From Macrostomum hystrix (Eukaryota; Animalia; Platyhelminthes), in contig CATNEN010000038.1 of the NCBI GenBank assembly GCA_950097015.1, positions 32,612,001 to 32,676,000 on the forward strand: a stretch of DNA of 64,000 nt, read 5' to 3'. Shown here piece after piece: positions 26,001-39,200 of the stretch. How positions within the stretch are numbered: the first letter of the stretch is position 1; every line of letters begins with the position of its first letter. Below the pieces are notes generated by a model. It saw only the letters and a program-made list of their open reading frames with translations, ran no database searches and had not been told where the DNA came from. Both the position numbers and the translations under genes were made by a program.

Positions 26001-26672
26001 GAGAGACTATAACCACTCATCAAACCGGTCATAGAGAGACTATAACTATAACCCCTCATCAAACCGGTCATAGAGAGACTAAACAACTCATCAAACCGGT
26101 CATAGAGAGACTATAACCACTCATCAAACCGGTCATAGAGAGACTAACAACTCATCAAACCGGTCATAGAGAGACTATAACCATTCATCAAACCGGTCAT
26201 AGAGAGACTAACAACTCATCAAACCGGTCATAGAGAGACTAACAACTCATCAAACCGGTCATAGAGAGACTAACAACTCATCAAACCGGTCATAGAGAGA
26301 CTAACAACTCATCAAACCGGTCATAGAGAGACTAAACAACTCATCAAACCGGTCATAGAGAGACTAAACAACTCATCAAACCGGTCATAGAGAGACTAAC
26401 AACTCATCAAACCGGTCATAGAGAGACTAACAACTCATCAAACCGGTCATAGAGAGACTAAACAACTCATCAAACCGGTCATAGAGATACTAGACAACTC
26501 ATCAAACCGGTCATAGAGAGACTAAACAACTCATCAAACCGGTCATAGAGAGACTAACAACTCATCAAACCGGTCATAGAGAGACTAACAACTCATCAAA
26601 CCGGTCATAGAGAGACTAAACAACTCATCAAACCGGTCATAGAGAGACTAGACAACTCATTAAACCGGTCAT
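23074..26672. repeat. 31-39 bp minisatellite: constant 27-bp core CTCATCAAACCGGTCATAGAGAGACTA plus a few linker variants
   Basis: Tandem periodicity with recurring linker order. Confidence 0.95.
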
Positions 26673-26694
26673 AAAGTCAAACTCTACAGCCAAA

Positions 26695-27973
26695 TCAGTA
26701 GTCGCAGCACTCAGCCCCCTCCAGCTTCATCAGTGGCGGCATGAGCTGCACCCTCATCTGCTGCATAGCCTCCATCGTTTTCCTCTGAGTCGCTCTCAGC
26801 TCCTTTCGCCGCGCTTCGAAGCTCGCACCTCCTCCGGAATTCACCGGCGTCAGCTCGGCCAGGCGACGCTGAAGACTCAGACGCGACAGGCTGCCAGATG
26901 ACTTCGACAAAGGCGGCGGAGGCGGAGGCGGCGCCGGAGCCTCTTCCAGCAGCTGCCGCTTCCACTGGGGCAGCCGGCTAAATTGTCGACTCTTAGCGTC
27001 GGACGCAATCTGCATCGGCTGCCGATCAACCCGTTGAGGTCTGACAGCGCCGTCAGTGTCGATCGAGTCAAAGTAGCCCAACTCCTGAAGGAGCTGCAAC
27101 ATCGGCGAGGGCTCCGACTGCTGCTGAGAGGTCCATCTTTGTTTTGGAAGGATATGCTTTCCTTTTAGAAGAGATATTTTTATAGATCTAGCTGACACAA
27201 TCTCCAAGATCTAGCTGCCAGAATCCTCCAAGATCTAGCTGCCAGAATCCTCCAAGATCTAGCTGCCAGAATCCTCAAAGATCTAGCTGACACAATCCTC
27301 TAAAATCTAGCTGACACAATCCTCCAAGATCTAGCTGCCAGAATCCTCCAAGATCTAGCTGCCAGAATCCTCCAAGATCTAGCTGCCAGAATCCTCCAAG
27401 ATCTAGCTGCCAGAATCCTCCAAAATCTAGCTGACATAATCCTCCAAGAGCTGACATAATCCTCCAAGAGCTGACATAATCCTCCAAGAGCTGACACAAT
27501 CCTCCAAGAGCTGACACAATCCTCCAAGAGCTGACACAATCCTCCAAGAGCTGACACAATCCTTGAAAATCCTGGTCTCACCTCCCAGACTCGGTCGACA
27601 GTTCCTGCTGTTGCCGGCGCCTCTGCAGCAGCTTCATCTGACGTTGCAGCATCGCTTCCTGGACTCGCCAGCCACCCAGTCCTGCACCGCAACTGGAAGC
27701 CGCGGACGCCGAAATGCACGCCGCGGCGCTGCGACAGCGGGCCCGCAGCGCCGGGTCATTCGGCAGCGGCCTGACAGCCTCGGCGCTGTGCCCGCTGCTC
27801 CGCCTGATGCCTTCCAGACAGTCGACAACGCTGCGCTGTTCAACGTAATTCTCGTAGCTCCTATGTCCAAGTTCGCGTTCTAGAAGACGCAGACGAGTCT
27901 GAAGACGTCGCGACTCGATTCTGTTAGTACGTTCCGCTTGCAGTTCCCGGGCGCTCTTCGATGCTGGCAGCAT
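26695..27973 (-). CDS. Uncharacterised coiled-coil protein (N-terminus weakly CCDC190-like); exons 27973-27582 and ~27187-26695
   Basis: Two GC-rich ORFs separated by a repeat-filled intron; donor AG|GTGAGA (phase 2); acceptor position uncertain. Confidence 0.6.
27184..27562. repeat. Compound 24-bp/20-bp intronic minisatellite
   Basis: AAGATCTAGCTGCCAGAATCCTCC grading into AAGAGCTGACACAATCCTCC. Confidence 0.92.
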
Positions 27974-28519
27974 GACGCCAATGCTAGCAGCTTCTTCAGT
28001 TACAGAAAGACAAACAATCTAAACGGATGCTTGTTTTAAATCCCTTGTTAAGCCATGAATTCTTTATTTATTGTTCACAGACCTGAGCAAGATAGACAAA
28101 ACTAGTGAGACAGGGGTAGAGAGAGAGAGAGGACAAAGCGATGACAACATTCTATTTGCTAAGACAATTCTTTTGTCGCACGCACAACTTGAAGTGAATT
28201 TTTAGTTCCCCTCATTTGCATGCAGCCGGGTTTTAGCACTCGTACTTGACGCGCAGAGTAATTGAGAGAGTTGCTGAGCCGGTAGCAATACTGGGAGAGA
28301 GTAGGCGCTACTTACAATTGTTAGCTAGCTGCACGAGATTTCCAGTACACATTCATCCTGGGTAATGGGAGAAGTGCAGCTTCTTAGAAATTGGGAGAAA
28401 AAAAGATGAAAATGCGACTCATCGACCAAAGACGAGGGGGCAGAGTCTCAGAGAAACATTTTCTTTCACAATGACAAAATTCAAGCAACAAAACTTAGTT
28501 CTGAGGCTGCTAAAGTAAT

Positions 28520-29105
28520 CAGAACGGCTTCATGGAGGATTGGGGAATGAAGAGCGGCTGCCTGAAGGATTGGGGAATGAAAAGCGGCTTCATGGAGGAT
28601 TGGGGAATGAAGAGCGGCTTCATGGAGGATTGGGGAATGAAGAGCGACTTCATGAAGGATTGGGGAATGAAGAGCGGCTTCATGAAGGATTGGGGAATGA
28701 AGAGCGGCTTCATGAAGGATTGGGGAATGAAGAGCGGCTTCATGGAGGATTGGGGAATGAAGAGCGGCTGCCTGAAGGATTAGGGAATGAAGAGCGGCTG
28801 CCTGAAGGATTGGGGAATGAAGAGCTGCTTCATGAAGGATTGGGGAATGAAGAGCGGCTTCATGAAGGATTGGGGAATGAAGAGCGGCTTCATGGAGGAT
28901 TGGGGAATGAAGAGCGGCTTCATGAAGGATTGGGGAATGAAGAGCGGCTTCATGAAGGATTGGGGAATGAAGAGCGGCTTCATGAAGGATTGAGGAATGA
29001 AGAGTGGCTTCATGAAGGATTGGGGAATGAAGAGCGGCTTCATGAAGGATTGGGGAATGAAGAGCGGCTTCATGAAGGATTGGGGAATGAAGAGCGGCTT
29101 TATGA
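28520..29105. repeat. 30-bp minisatellite
   Basis: CATGAAGGATTGGGGAATGAAGAGCGGCTT tandem. Confidence 0.95.
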
Positions 29106-29770
29106 AGTATTGCTGATAAAATATTAGAAATTGAAGTATGCATTTAAATGATTTTGAAAATGACTATTCTATTATATTTAACTAGCCATAACTTATGCTT
29201 GAAAAGAATGATAATGATACTACTTCACTTTGTTTTTATCAAGTAGACATTTTCGAATCGCACAGACAAAAGTCACTTTAAAGTATATATTGTTTAGATT
29301 CAACAAAGAAAATGGTGAAATATGTCACTAAAAAGTGAAATTTTATTTTAAAGAACTCTAGTTGACGAGAGAGGTCTTCAATGAATTATATTTTCATGCT
29401 AACTATTGTTACAGGGACACTAAAGCTTACTTACTGATTAAGCACAGTTATAAACGAAAGAACGCATTTTAAAACTATGATGACATATTACTAAATAATC
29501 TACAGAAGCTTATTAGTATGAAAAGCGTCCCTAAAATTGATTTGCAAAGTCGACTCTTGAAGATTTTCTAGGAATTCGAATTCGCGCCAAGTTGTTTTAT
29601 AATTACTTTATTGTAACAAATAAAAGGTATCCTCAGATCTCATGAGTCAGTAGCCAGGTCAATATTTTCAACTGAAAGAACATACTTTCAGAAGACAAGC
29701 AAATATAACTTAATTTAGTTTAAACTTGTGCGAACTAAAAAAATAACGATCCCGAAAGTAAAACAAATTA

Positions 29771-32700
29771 TCAATTTTGGATTTTGCGATGCCGGCCCCA
29801 GTAGTTGTCGATTGGGGTGGCCCGATCGTCCCAGCTGAACACGCGGCCTGGTGTGGGAGGCAGCCCCTGTGAAACAAAGAAGATTTTAGTAGGGCTTGAT
29901 GATCTAATGCTATAAGTGATTGCAGCTAGTCAACTAAATCAAAATTGAAATCTAAATACACTCGTGCGTGATAGAATAGCATCAAAGCAAAAAATTAGGA
30001 AAATTGAAATGTGTAGGGAAGACAAGTAGGGAGAGATAACGGGAGAGGAGAGAAGGGGAGAGGAGATAACGGGATAGGAGAGAAGGGGAGAGGAGAGAAG
30101 GGGATAGGAGAGAAGGGGAGAGGAGAGAAGGGATGAGGAGAGAAGGGGATAGGAGAGAAGGGGAGAGGAGAGAAAGGGAGAGGAGAGAAGGGGAGAGGAG
30201 AGAAGGGATGAGGAGAGAAGGGGAGAGGAGAGAAGGGGAAAGGAGAGAAGGGGAGAGGAGAGAAAGGGAGAGGAGAGAAGGGGAAAGGAGAGAAGGGAGA
30301 GGAGATAACGGGAGAGGAGAGAAGGGGAGAGGAGAGAAGGGGATAGGAGAGAAGGGGATAGGAGATAACGGGAGAGGAGAGAAGGGGAGAGGAGAGAAGG
30401 GGAGAGGAGAGAAGGGGATAGGAGAGAAGGGGAAAGGAGATAACGGGAGAGGAGAGAAAGGGAGAGGAGAGAAAGGGAGAGGAGAGAAGGGGAGAGGAGA
30501 GAAAGGGAGAGGAGAGAAGGGGAAAGGAGAGAAGGGGAGAGGAGATAACGGGAGAGGAGAGAAGGGGAGAGGAGAGAAGGGGAGAGGAGAGAAGGGGAAA
30601 GGAGAGAAGGGGAGAGGAGAGAAAGGGAGAGGAGAGAAGGGGAAAGGAGAGAAGGGGAGAGGAGATAACGGGAGAGGAGAGAAGGGGAGAGGAGAGAAGG
30701 GGGTAGGAGAGAAGGGGATAGGAGATAACGGGAGAGGAGAGAAGGGATGAGGAGAGAAGGGGATAGGAGATAACGGGAGAGGAGAGAAGGGGAGAGGAGA
30801 GAAGGGGAGAGGAGAGAAGGGGATAGGAGAGAAGGGGAAAGGAGATAACGGGAGAGGAGAGAAAGGGAGAGGAGAGAAGGGGAGAGGAGAGAAGGGGAGA
30901 GGAGAGAAGGGGAGAGGAGAGAAGGGGAAAGGAGAGAAGGGGAGAGGAGATAACGGGAGAGGAGAGAAGGGGAGAGGAGAGAAGGGGATAGGAGAGAAGG
31001 GGATAGGAGAGAAGTGGAGAGGAGAGAAGGGATGAGGAGAGAAGGGGATAGGAGAGAAGGGGAGAGGAGAGAAGGGATGAGGAAAGAAGGTGATAGGAGA
31101 GAAGGGATGAGGAGAGGAGGGGATAGGAGAGAAGGGAGAGGAGAGAAGGGGAGAGGAGAGAAAGGAGAAAGGTAGACAGAAGGCGAGACGAGAGAATGGA
31201 AGGTAGGTCCTGCTAGAACAAAGCTAAAGTACTTAAGAGTTATTTTATAGAATTGTCGATTTAGTGCCTAAACAATAGCACAAAAAATTTCAATTTTTGT
31301 AACACAAACCTGTTGAGGCAGATTGCCGTTACCAGCAGCGGCCAGCTGTTTAATGTTGGAATTATCGAACACAGTTTCAGGCGGCCGGCTTAGTCTTCGG
31401 CCGTCGCGACCGACATAATAATTGGCGCTCAGCTTGTGATGTACACCGCCTGGGGGGTCGATTGGCTGCACATTGCGACCAGTCTGCTGATCCGCGTAGC
31501 GCAGTGCATTGTTGTACTCGCGCTGCGAATAAGAATTCAGAACTTCGTTGCTCCGATATTTTCAACTTTGGTTTTAACTGAAACCCTCAGATACCCAAGT
31601 GTGTCAGATCCTCTGATACCCAAGTGTGTCAGCTGGAACCCTCAGATACCCAAGTGTGTCAGCTGGAACCCTCAGATACCTAAGTGTGTCAGCTGGAACC
31701 CTCTGATACCCAAGTGTGTCAGCTGAAACCCTCTGATACCCAAGTGTGTCAGCTGGAACCGTCTGATACCCAAGTGTGTCAGCTGGAACCCTCTGATACC
31801 CAAGTGTCAGCTGGAACCCTCTGATACCCAAGTGTCAGCTGGAACCCTCTGATACCCAAGTGTCAGCTGGAACCCTCTGATACCCAAGTGTGTCAGCTGG
31901 AACCCTCTGATACCCAAGTGTGTCAGCTGAAACCCTCTGATACCCAAGTATGTCAGCTGGAACCCTCTGATACCCAAGTGTGTCAGCTGGAACCCTCAGA
32001 TACCCAAGTGTGTCGGCTGAAACCCTCTGATACCCAAGTGTGTCAGCTGGAACCCTCAGATACCCAAGTGTGTCAGCTGGAACCCTCAGATACCTAAGTG
32101 TCAGCTGGAACCCTCTGATACCCACGTGTGTCGGCTGGAACCCTCTGATACCCAAGTGTGTCAGCTGAAACCCTCTGATACCCAAGTGTCAGCTGGAACC
32201 CTCTGATACCCAAGTGTGACGGCAGGAAACCTCTGATCCCTCAGTATGTCAGATATTTCTACATTGTACTTAGTTGCTAAATTATTCTTACTAGAAATGA
32301 TCATTTAATAATAAGTTACATCTTAACTAACAAACACATTGCAAGGCTTTCAGCCCAAGGACTAAGAGTGCCAAACCTTGCCTGAATTACCTCAATAAAC
32401 ATATATATGAGGTTAACTGATCCTATGAGGAGTATAAACTGAACCACTGACCTGTAAGCTGTGAGTACTCTCTTAAAAGCATTTAAAAATAGATTGTTGG
32501 GAATTTAATTTTATTAGGCGCATAAATATTTTTCCATGATGGTAAATGATTATGGCTTATCCTTAAAAAGTCCATAATCCATAACCATAACTGAAAGCAC
32601 AAAATTTCACTGTAACCTTAACCATAATGAAATATATGGCTACAAAAGTGCCACTCCCATCAAATACCGTAACCATAACTGCCATCTTAATTGAATGTAG

Positions 32701-33305
32701 AGTAACAAAATCAGATGATATATTTGGCTTCTTATATTTTACAGGACTAGCTAGAATGTAAATTCTAATTTTAATTACATGATTAGACTAGATAGTAATG
32801 AGCAACCTATAATGAGAACTGCTATAGGTAAACATGCCAGCCAAAATTTGCTAGCCTATGTTTGAAAGCAGGACATTTGCTAGCCAACATTTGCCAAGGT
32901 TCATTTGCCCAAGCTATTGGTCTCAGCCTTTAGGTAGTATATTTTTCTATACTCGCACATTTTGACCTGAGTTTTGAATTCGAATGCTAGTAAATTATGA
33001 TGCTGGACTATATAGACATTATTTTTAGGTCAAGCCTCTAGCGACTAGAGTAATGGAGTAACAAGCAATAAACAAATATAAAATGATTCAAGAAATTCTG
33101 CCTCAATAATATGAAATATTGCTTTAATGAGTAATTAAAAGAGATAAAAATAAAAATAACTAACTATAAAGAGAAACTAGACTCTCGACTCTCTAGAGTC
33201 ATAGAGAGTCTGGTCTAAGACTAAAGAGAGGCTTACCTGGTAGATAAAGTCCCGAAGCTTTTGGAGCAAAGGTGTAAGCCTTTCCTTAGCACGAGAAGAT
33301 GCCAT
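29771..33305 (-). CDS. NDUFA7: NADH dehydrogenase 1 alpha subcomplex subunit 7 (B14.5a); exons 33305-33237, 31522-31310, 29866-29771
   Basis: MASSRAKERLTPLLQKLRDF..ALRY..PPGGVHHKLSANYYVGRDGRRLSRPP..PPTPG matches the family signature; phase-0 GT-AG introns. Confidence 0.92.
30030..31168. repeat. 15-bp purine repeat (GGAGAGAAGGGGAGA); polypyrimidine on the NDUFA7 sense strand
   Basis: Tandem periodicity in NDUFA7 intron 2. Confidence 0.95.
31580..32240. repeat. 30-bp minisatellite in NDUFA7 intron 1
   Basis: CTGGAACCCTCTGATACCCAAGTGTGTCAG tandem. Confidence 0.95.
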
Positions 33306-34342
33306 TTGACTTTTTACAGCTTTAGAGTACAGATAGTAAGAGAGTGAACTATTATTATACGCTCTTTAACGTGTTCCTGTAAACCTACACACTTTAAAGA
33401 ACAAAAGTTCGAAATGAAAAATCTGCGAAGATTAATTTTAGTTTAGTATTCAATTGTTTCTTTACAAAAAACTATTATGTATTAAGTCGAAAGTTTTAGT
33501 CATTGTTATACATTTAGTTTAACTGTTAAAAAAGGCAGGAAAGTTTTTCGAAAAAGGCTGTTAAAAACCCATTTCGGTTTCCGTGAATAACATTTAGATT
33601 CAATACTAACTGTTTCAAAACGTCTAAAACCAGATAGGGCCTGAATTCCGACGGAATCATAGATCAAAATCGTTTTCTTCTTCTCTGATCGTGTTCTATA
33701 AAATAAAACTGCAAGCCCTCTAAGTTATTATTTTTTTCTAGCAGCCCACTATATTCGCTAATAAACGCACATTTTGTATCAACTCTTTCAAGCCAAAATA
33801 TGAACTTATTTTATTTATTTAAGAAATACGATGCTGCATTCACGCGGTAATAATTCAGCCAAAATCTGTATTTATCGATCTAATTTATTTTTACTATGCA
33901 GATCATCTCTATTTCGCTACCATATGTAATACTTGAAGTAAAATTAAAGCTTAGGCAGAAAACGTCTAGATTGCAGATGCTCATATACAACTGAGTAAAA
34001 TAAAAAGTGACGACTGTTTAAAGAGTTCCCAGTGTATTTTGTGTTTGAACTTATTATGCAATATATTTGCATAATCTTTATATTTATTACTTCCTTGACT
34101 TGACAATTACGAGTATTAGCGAAACGAGTAGGAAGCTTGTATATATTGTTTTTTAGCGAGGACTTGCTAGAGAACAAACAACTAAAGTGCAATCCGTTAC
34201 TTCCTTATTAAACACTTGCACTTGATTTTTTACTGGTGTGTAGTTTAAAAACACAAGCGGTTATAAATTATACAAAGTCTAGAGAAAATAGACAGTAAGT
34301 TATATTTTAATTTTTTTATTTTTTATATATTTTTTTACTGTT

Positions 34343-34510
34343 AGGGTTAGCTCAGTTGTACCTTCATAGGACCGAGATGTCAGAAGATCGAATCTCGATT
34401 AGCCGTCGGGAAACAATTAGCCACCGCGAAGCAATATCCTTCTTAATGGTACCAAGTTGCAAGCGCTAGCGACTGGTGCAGCAGAATGCAATAAAACAAA
34501 GCAAAAAAAC
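34343..34510 (+). mobile_element. Possible decayed tRNA-derived SINE or tRNA pseudogene
   Basis: A-box-like TAGCTCAGTTG, B-box-like GATCGAATC, A-rich tail; no intact cloverleaf. Confidence 0.3.
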
Positions 34511-34894
34511 TAGCCTGGTATAATAATTTTTTTCCACTCAACTCACTGCAATTTACATGGATGCAATACCTACATACTACATGCATCTTTGTATCTAGAG
34601 TCTTTAATCACGCAGTCTGAATGTTAATAACCATGCTTTCCCAAGTAGAGATAAAAATGGGAATGTTTGCTGTTTCATGAATCTATTCATCACAGATGTC
34701 TTCACCTGGGCTCCGTAGTTCGATCTCAGTATACTCGTATACTTAGTATACTCTAAGAGTCTAAGTATATCTATCTATTCGCGATCGCGCAATTGAACTG
34801 AAAAAAACATATTTTTAGTCAAAACGGGTCCATGATCCAGAAAACCAATATCTATATATACGGTAGCGATTTCTTAATTCAATTGAATGTCCAT

Positions 34895-36134
34895 AGAGAT
34901 CTCAGCAGATGCCAAGTGATCTAAGTAGATCCCAATAGATCTCAGTAGATTCTATGAGAACTCAGTAGATTCCAAATAGATCTCAGTAGATTCCAAGAGA
35001 TCTCAGTAGATCCCAAAGATCTCAGTAGATTCCAAGAGATCTCAGTAGATTCCAAGAGATCTCAGTAGATTCCAAGTGATCTAAGTAGATCCCAATAGAT
35101 CTCAGTAGATTCTATGAGAACTCAGTAGATTCCAAATAGATCTCAGTAGATCCCCAAGATCTCAGTAGATTCCCAGAGAAGATTCCAAGAGATCTCAGTA
35201 GATTCCAAGAGATCTCAGTAGATTCCAAGTGATCTAAGTAGATCCCAAGAGATCTCAGTAGATCCCAATAGATCTCAGTAGATTCTATGAGATCTCAGTA
35301 GATTCCAAATAGATCTCAGTAGATTCCAAATAGATCTCAGTAGATTCCAAGAGATCTCAGTAGATTCCAAGAGATCTCAGTAGATTCCAAGTGATCTAAG
35401 TAGATCCCAATAGATCTCAGTAGATTCTATGAGAACTCAGTAGATTCCAAATAGATCTCAGTAGATCCCCAAGATCTCAGTAGATTCCCAGAGAAGATTC
35501 CAAGAGATCTCAGTAGATTCCAAGAGATCTCAGTAGATTCCAAGTGATCTAAGTAGATCCCAAGAGATCTCAGTAGATCCCAATAGATCTTAGTAGATTC
35601 CAAATAGATCTCAGTAGATTCTATGAGATCTAAGTAGATTCCAAATAGATCTCAGTAGATTCCAAATAGATCTCAGTAGATTCCAAATAGATCTCAGTAG
35701 ATTCCAAAGATCTCAGTAGATTCCCAGAGAAGATTCCAAGAGATCTCAGTAGATTCAAAGAGATCTCAGTAGATCCCAAGAGAGATCTAAGTAGATCCCA
35801 AGAGATCTCAGTAGATCCCAATAGATCTCAGTAGATTCCAAATAGATCTCAGTAGATTCTATGAGATCTAAGTAGATTCCAAATAGATCTCAGTAGATTC
35901 CAAATAGATCTCAGTAGATTCCAAATAGATCTCAGTAGATTCCAAAGATCTCAGTAGATTCCCAGAGAAGATTCCAAGAGATCTCAGTAGATTCAAAGAG
36001 ATCTTAGTAGATCCCAAGAGAGATCTCAGTAGATTCCAAGAGATCTCAGTAGATTCCAAGAGATCTCAGTAGATTCCAAGAGATTTCAGTAGATTCCAAG
36101 AGATCTCAGTAGGTTCCAAGAGATCTCAGTAGAT
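34895..36134. repeat. ~20-bp minisatellite (AGATCTCAGTAGATTCCAAG) with larger duplicated blocks
   Basis: Tandem periodicity. Confidence 0.95.
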
Positions 36135-36217
36135 GTCTGTGTAGACTTTTTCTCAACGGTCATGATTGCCGTTTGCATTTGCATGGCTTTACAGTACTGA
36201 ATTATCAATAAATATCG

Positions 36218-39200
36218 TTAGCTTTCGGAGAGTTCATCCGATTTAAAGTCGGACCGAATGATGTAGAGCAGAAAAGCCAAGAACTGGAATACGTCCGCGA
36301 CAACTGCTAGCCAGTAGGACCAGCGCAATCGGTTGAAAATTCCGGATTCGACAGTCACAGTGTTGTCGTCGTAGTAGTGTCTGTTGGCGGTGCGATCTCC
36401 GTGATTGACAAAGTCGCCCCACACAGCCACGGCTACTAGAAGACAGAGAACTGTTTGGAGGTGGGGTTGGAGCTAGTGCAGAAGTGAGGTGGCTAAAATG
36501 GAGTGAGGTGGCTAAAATGGAGTGAGGTGGCTAAAATGGAGTGAGGTGGCTAAAATGGAGTGAGGTGGCTAAAATGGAGTAAGGTGGCTAAAATGGAATG
36601 AGGTGGCTAAAATGGAGTGAGATGGCTGACAAGAGTGAATTGGCTGGAAGGAGATTGGTGGCTGGAGGAGTGAGGTGGCCGGAAGGAGTGAGGTGGTTTA
36701 AAAGGAGTGAGGTGGCTGGAGGAATGAGGTGGCTGTAAGGGGTGGGGGACAAAAGTTATTGAGGTGGCTAGAAGCAGAAGATTGAGCTTCTGAAACACAG
36801 CATGAGTGTGGAAGCCCAATATAGCCAAATGTATGTTTAGCTCTAAAACAATATGCAATTGTTTTAGTCAACCACTCATTGTTCTCAGGTGAGTCAATCA
36901 CTTATTGTTCTCAGGTGAGTCAATCACTTATTGTTCTCAGGTGAGTCAACCACTCATTGTTCTCAGGTGAGTCAATCACTTATTGTTCTCAGGTGAGTCA
37001 ATCACTCATTGTTCTCAGGTGAGTCAATCACTCATTGTTCTCAGGTGAGTCAATCACTCATTGTTCTCAGGTGAGTCAATCACTCATTGTTCTCAGGTGA
37101 GTCAATCACTCATTGCTCTCAGGTGAGTCAATCACTCATTGTTCTCAGGTGAGTCAATCACTCATTGTTCTCAGGTGAGTCAATCACTCATTGTTCTCAG
37201 GTGAGTCAATCACTCATTGTTCTCAGGTGAGTCAATCACTCATTGTTCTCAGGTGAGTCAATCACTTATTGTTCTCAGGTGAGTCAATCACTCATTGTTC
37301 TCAGGTGAGTCAATCACTCATTGTTCTCAGGTGAGTCAATCACGCATTATTCTCAGGTGAGTCAATCACTCATTGTTCTCAGGTGAGTCAATCACTCATT
37401 GTTCTCAGGTGAGTCAATCACTCATTGTTCTCAGGTGAGTCAATCACTCATTGTTCTCAGGTGAGTCAATCACTCATTGTTCTCAGGTGAGTCAATCACT
37501 CATTGTTCTCAGGTGAGTCAATCACTCATTGTTCTCAGGTGAGTCAATCACTCATTGTTCTCAGGTGAGTCAATCACCATAACTCACAGGAAGCCAGAAG
37601 GCAGGTAACAAAAGTGAGTCGTATTGACTTGCTACGGCTGATACTATTCACTCGTAGGCGAAGCAATCCGACGGTTAGCGAGGCGGCCGAGGCAATCAGG
37701 CCGATGATGAAGGCGGCCTTCGTTTTGGCAAAGTCGGCTGCGGATGATCGCAGTGTGATCAATCAATAAATTAGTCAATCAATCAACCAATCAAATAATA
37801 CTCAGCTTTAAATGAATAGCCTATCGCTTCCGACACATAATCCATTGCTTCGCATTGATCATCTAGTTATGGATTGATTATCAATATATTCAGATAGATA
37901 ATCAATCGATTCAGATAGACAATCAATCGATTCAGATTGACAATCAATCGATTCAGATAGATAATCAATCGATTCAGATAGATAATCAATCGATTCAGAT
38001 AGATAATCAATCGATTCAGATAGATAATCAATCGATTCAGATAGACAATCAATCGATTCAGATAGATAATCAATCGATTCAGATAGACAATCAATCGATT
38101 CAGATAGATAATCAATCGATTCAGATAGATAATCAATGGATTCAGATAGATAATCAATCGATTCAGATAGATAATCAATCGATTCAGATAGATAATCAAT
38201 CGATTCAGATAGACAATCAATCGATTCAGATAGACAATCAATCGATTCAGATAGACAATCAATCGATTCAGATAGACAATCAATCGATTCAGATAGATAA
38301 TCAATCGATTCAGATAGATAATCAATCGATTCAGATAGATAATCAATCGATTCAGATAGACAATCAATCGATTCAGATAGATAATCAATCGATTCAGATA
38401 GACAATCAATCGATTCAGATAGATAATCAATCGATTCAGATAGACAATCAATCGATTCAGATAGACAATCAATCGATTCAGATAGATAATCAATCGATTC
38501 AGATAGATAATCAATCGATTCAGATAGATAATCAATCGATTCAGATAGATAATCAATCGATTCAGATAGACAATCAATCGATTCAGATAGACAATCAATC
38601 GATTCAGATAGACAATCAATCGATTCAGATAGACAATCAATCGATTCAGATAGACAATCAATCGATTCAGATAGACAATCAATCGATTCAGATAGACAAT
38701 CAATCGATTCAGATAGACAATCAATCGATTCAGATAGACAATCAATCGATTCAGATAGACAATCAATCGATTCAGATAGACAATCAATGGATTCAGATAG
38801 ATAATCAATCGATTCAGATAGATAATCAATGGATTCAGATAGACAATCAATCGATTCAGATAGACAATCAATCGATTCAGATAGATAATCAATGGATTCA
38901 GATAGATAATCAATCGATTCAGATAGATAATCAATCGATTCAGATAGATAATCAATCGATTCAGATAGACAATCAATCGATTCAGATAGACAATCAATCG
39001 ATTCAGATAGACAATCAATCGATTCAGATAGATAATCAATCGATTCAGATAGATAATCAATCGATTCAGATAGATAATCAATCGATTCAGATAGATAATC
39101 AATCGATTCAGATAGACAATCAATCGATTCAGATAGACAATCAATCGATTCAGATAGACAATCAATCGATTCAGATAGATAATCAATCGATTCAGATAGA

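Noticed and set aside
23074-26672. CRISPR-like constant repeat with variable spacers
   Set aside because: Linkers are only 4-12 nt and drawn from a few recurring variants; no cas genes; eukaryotic context
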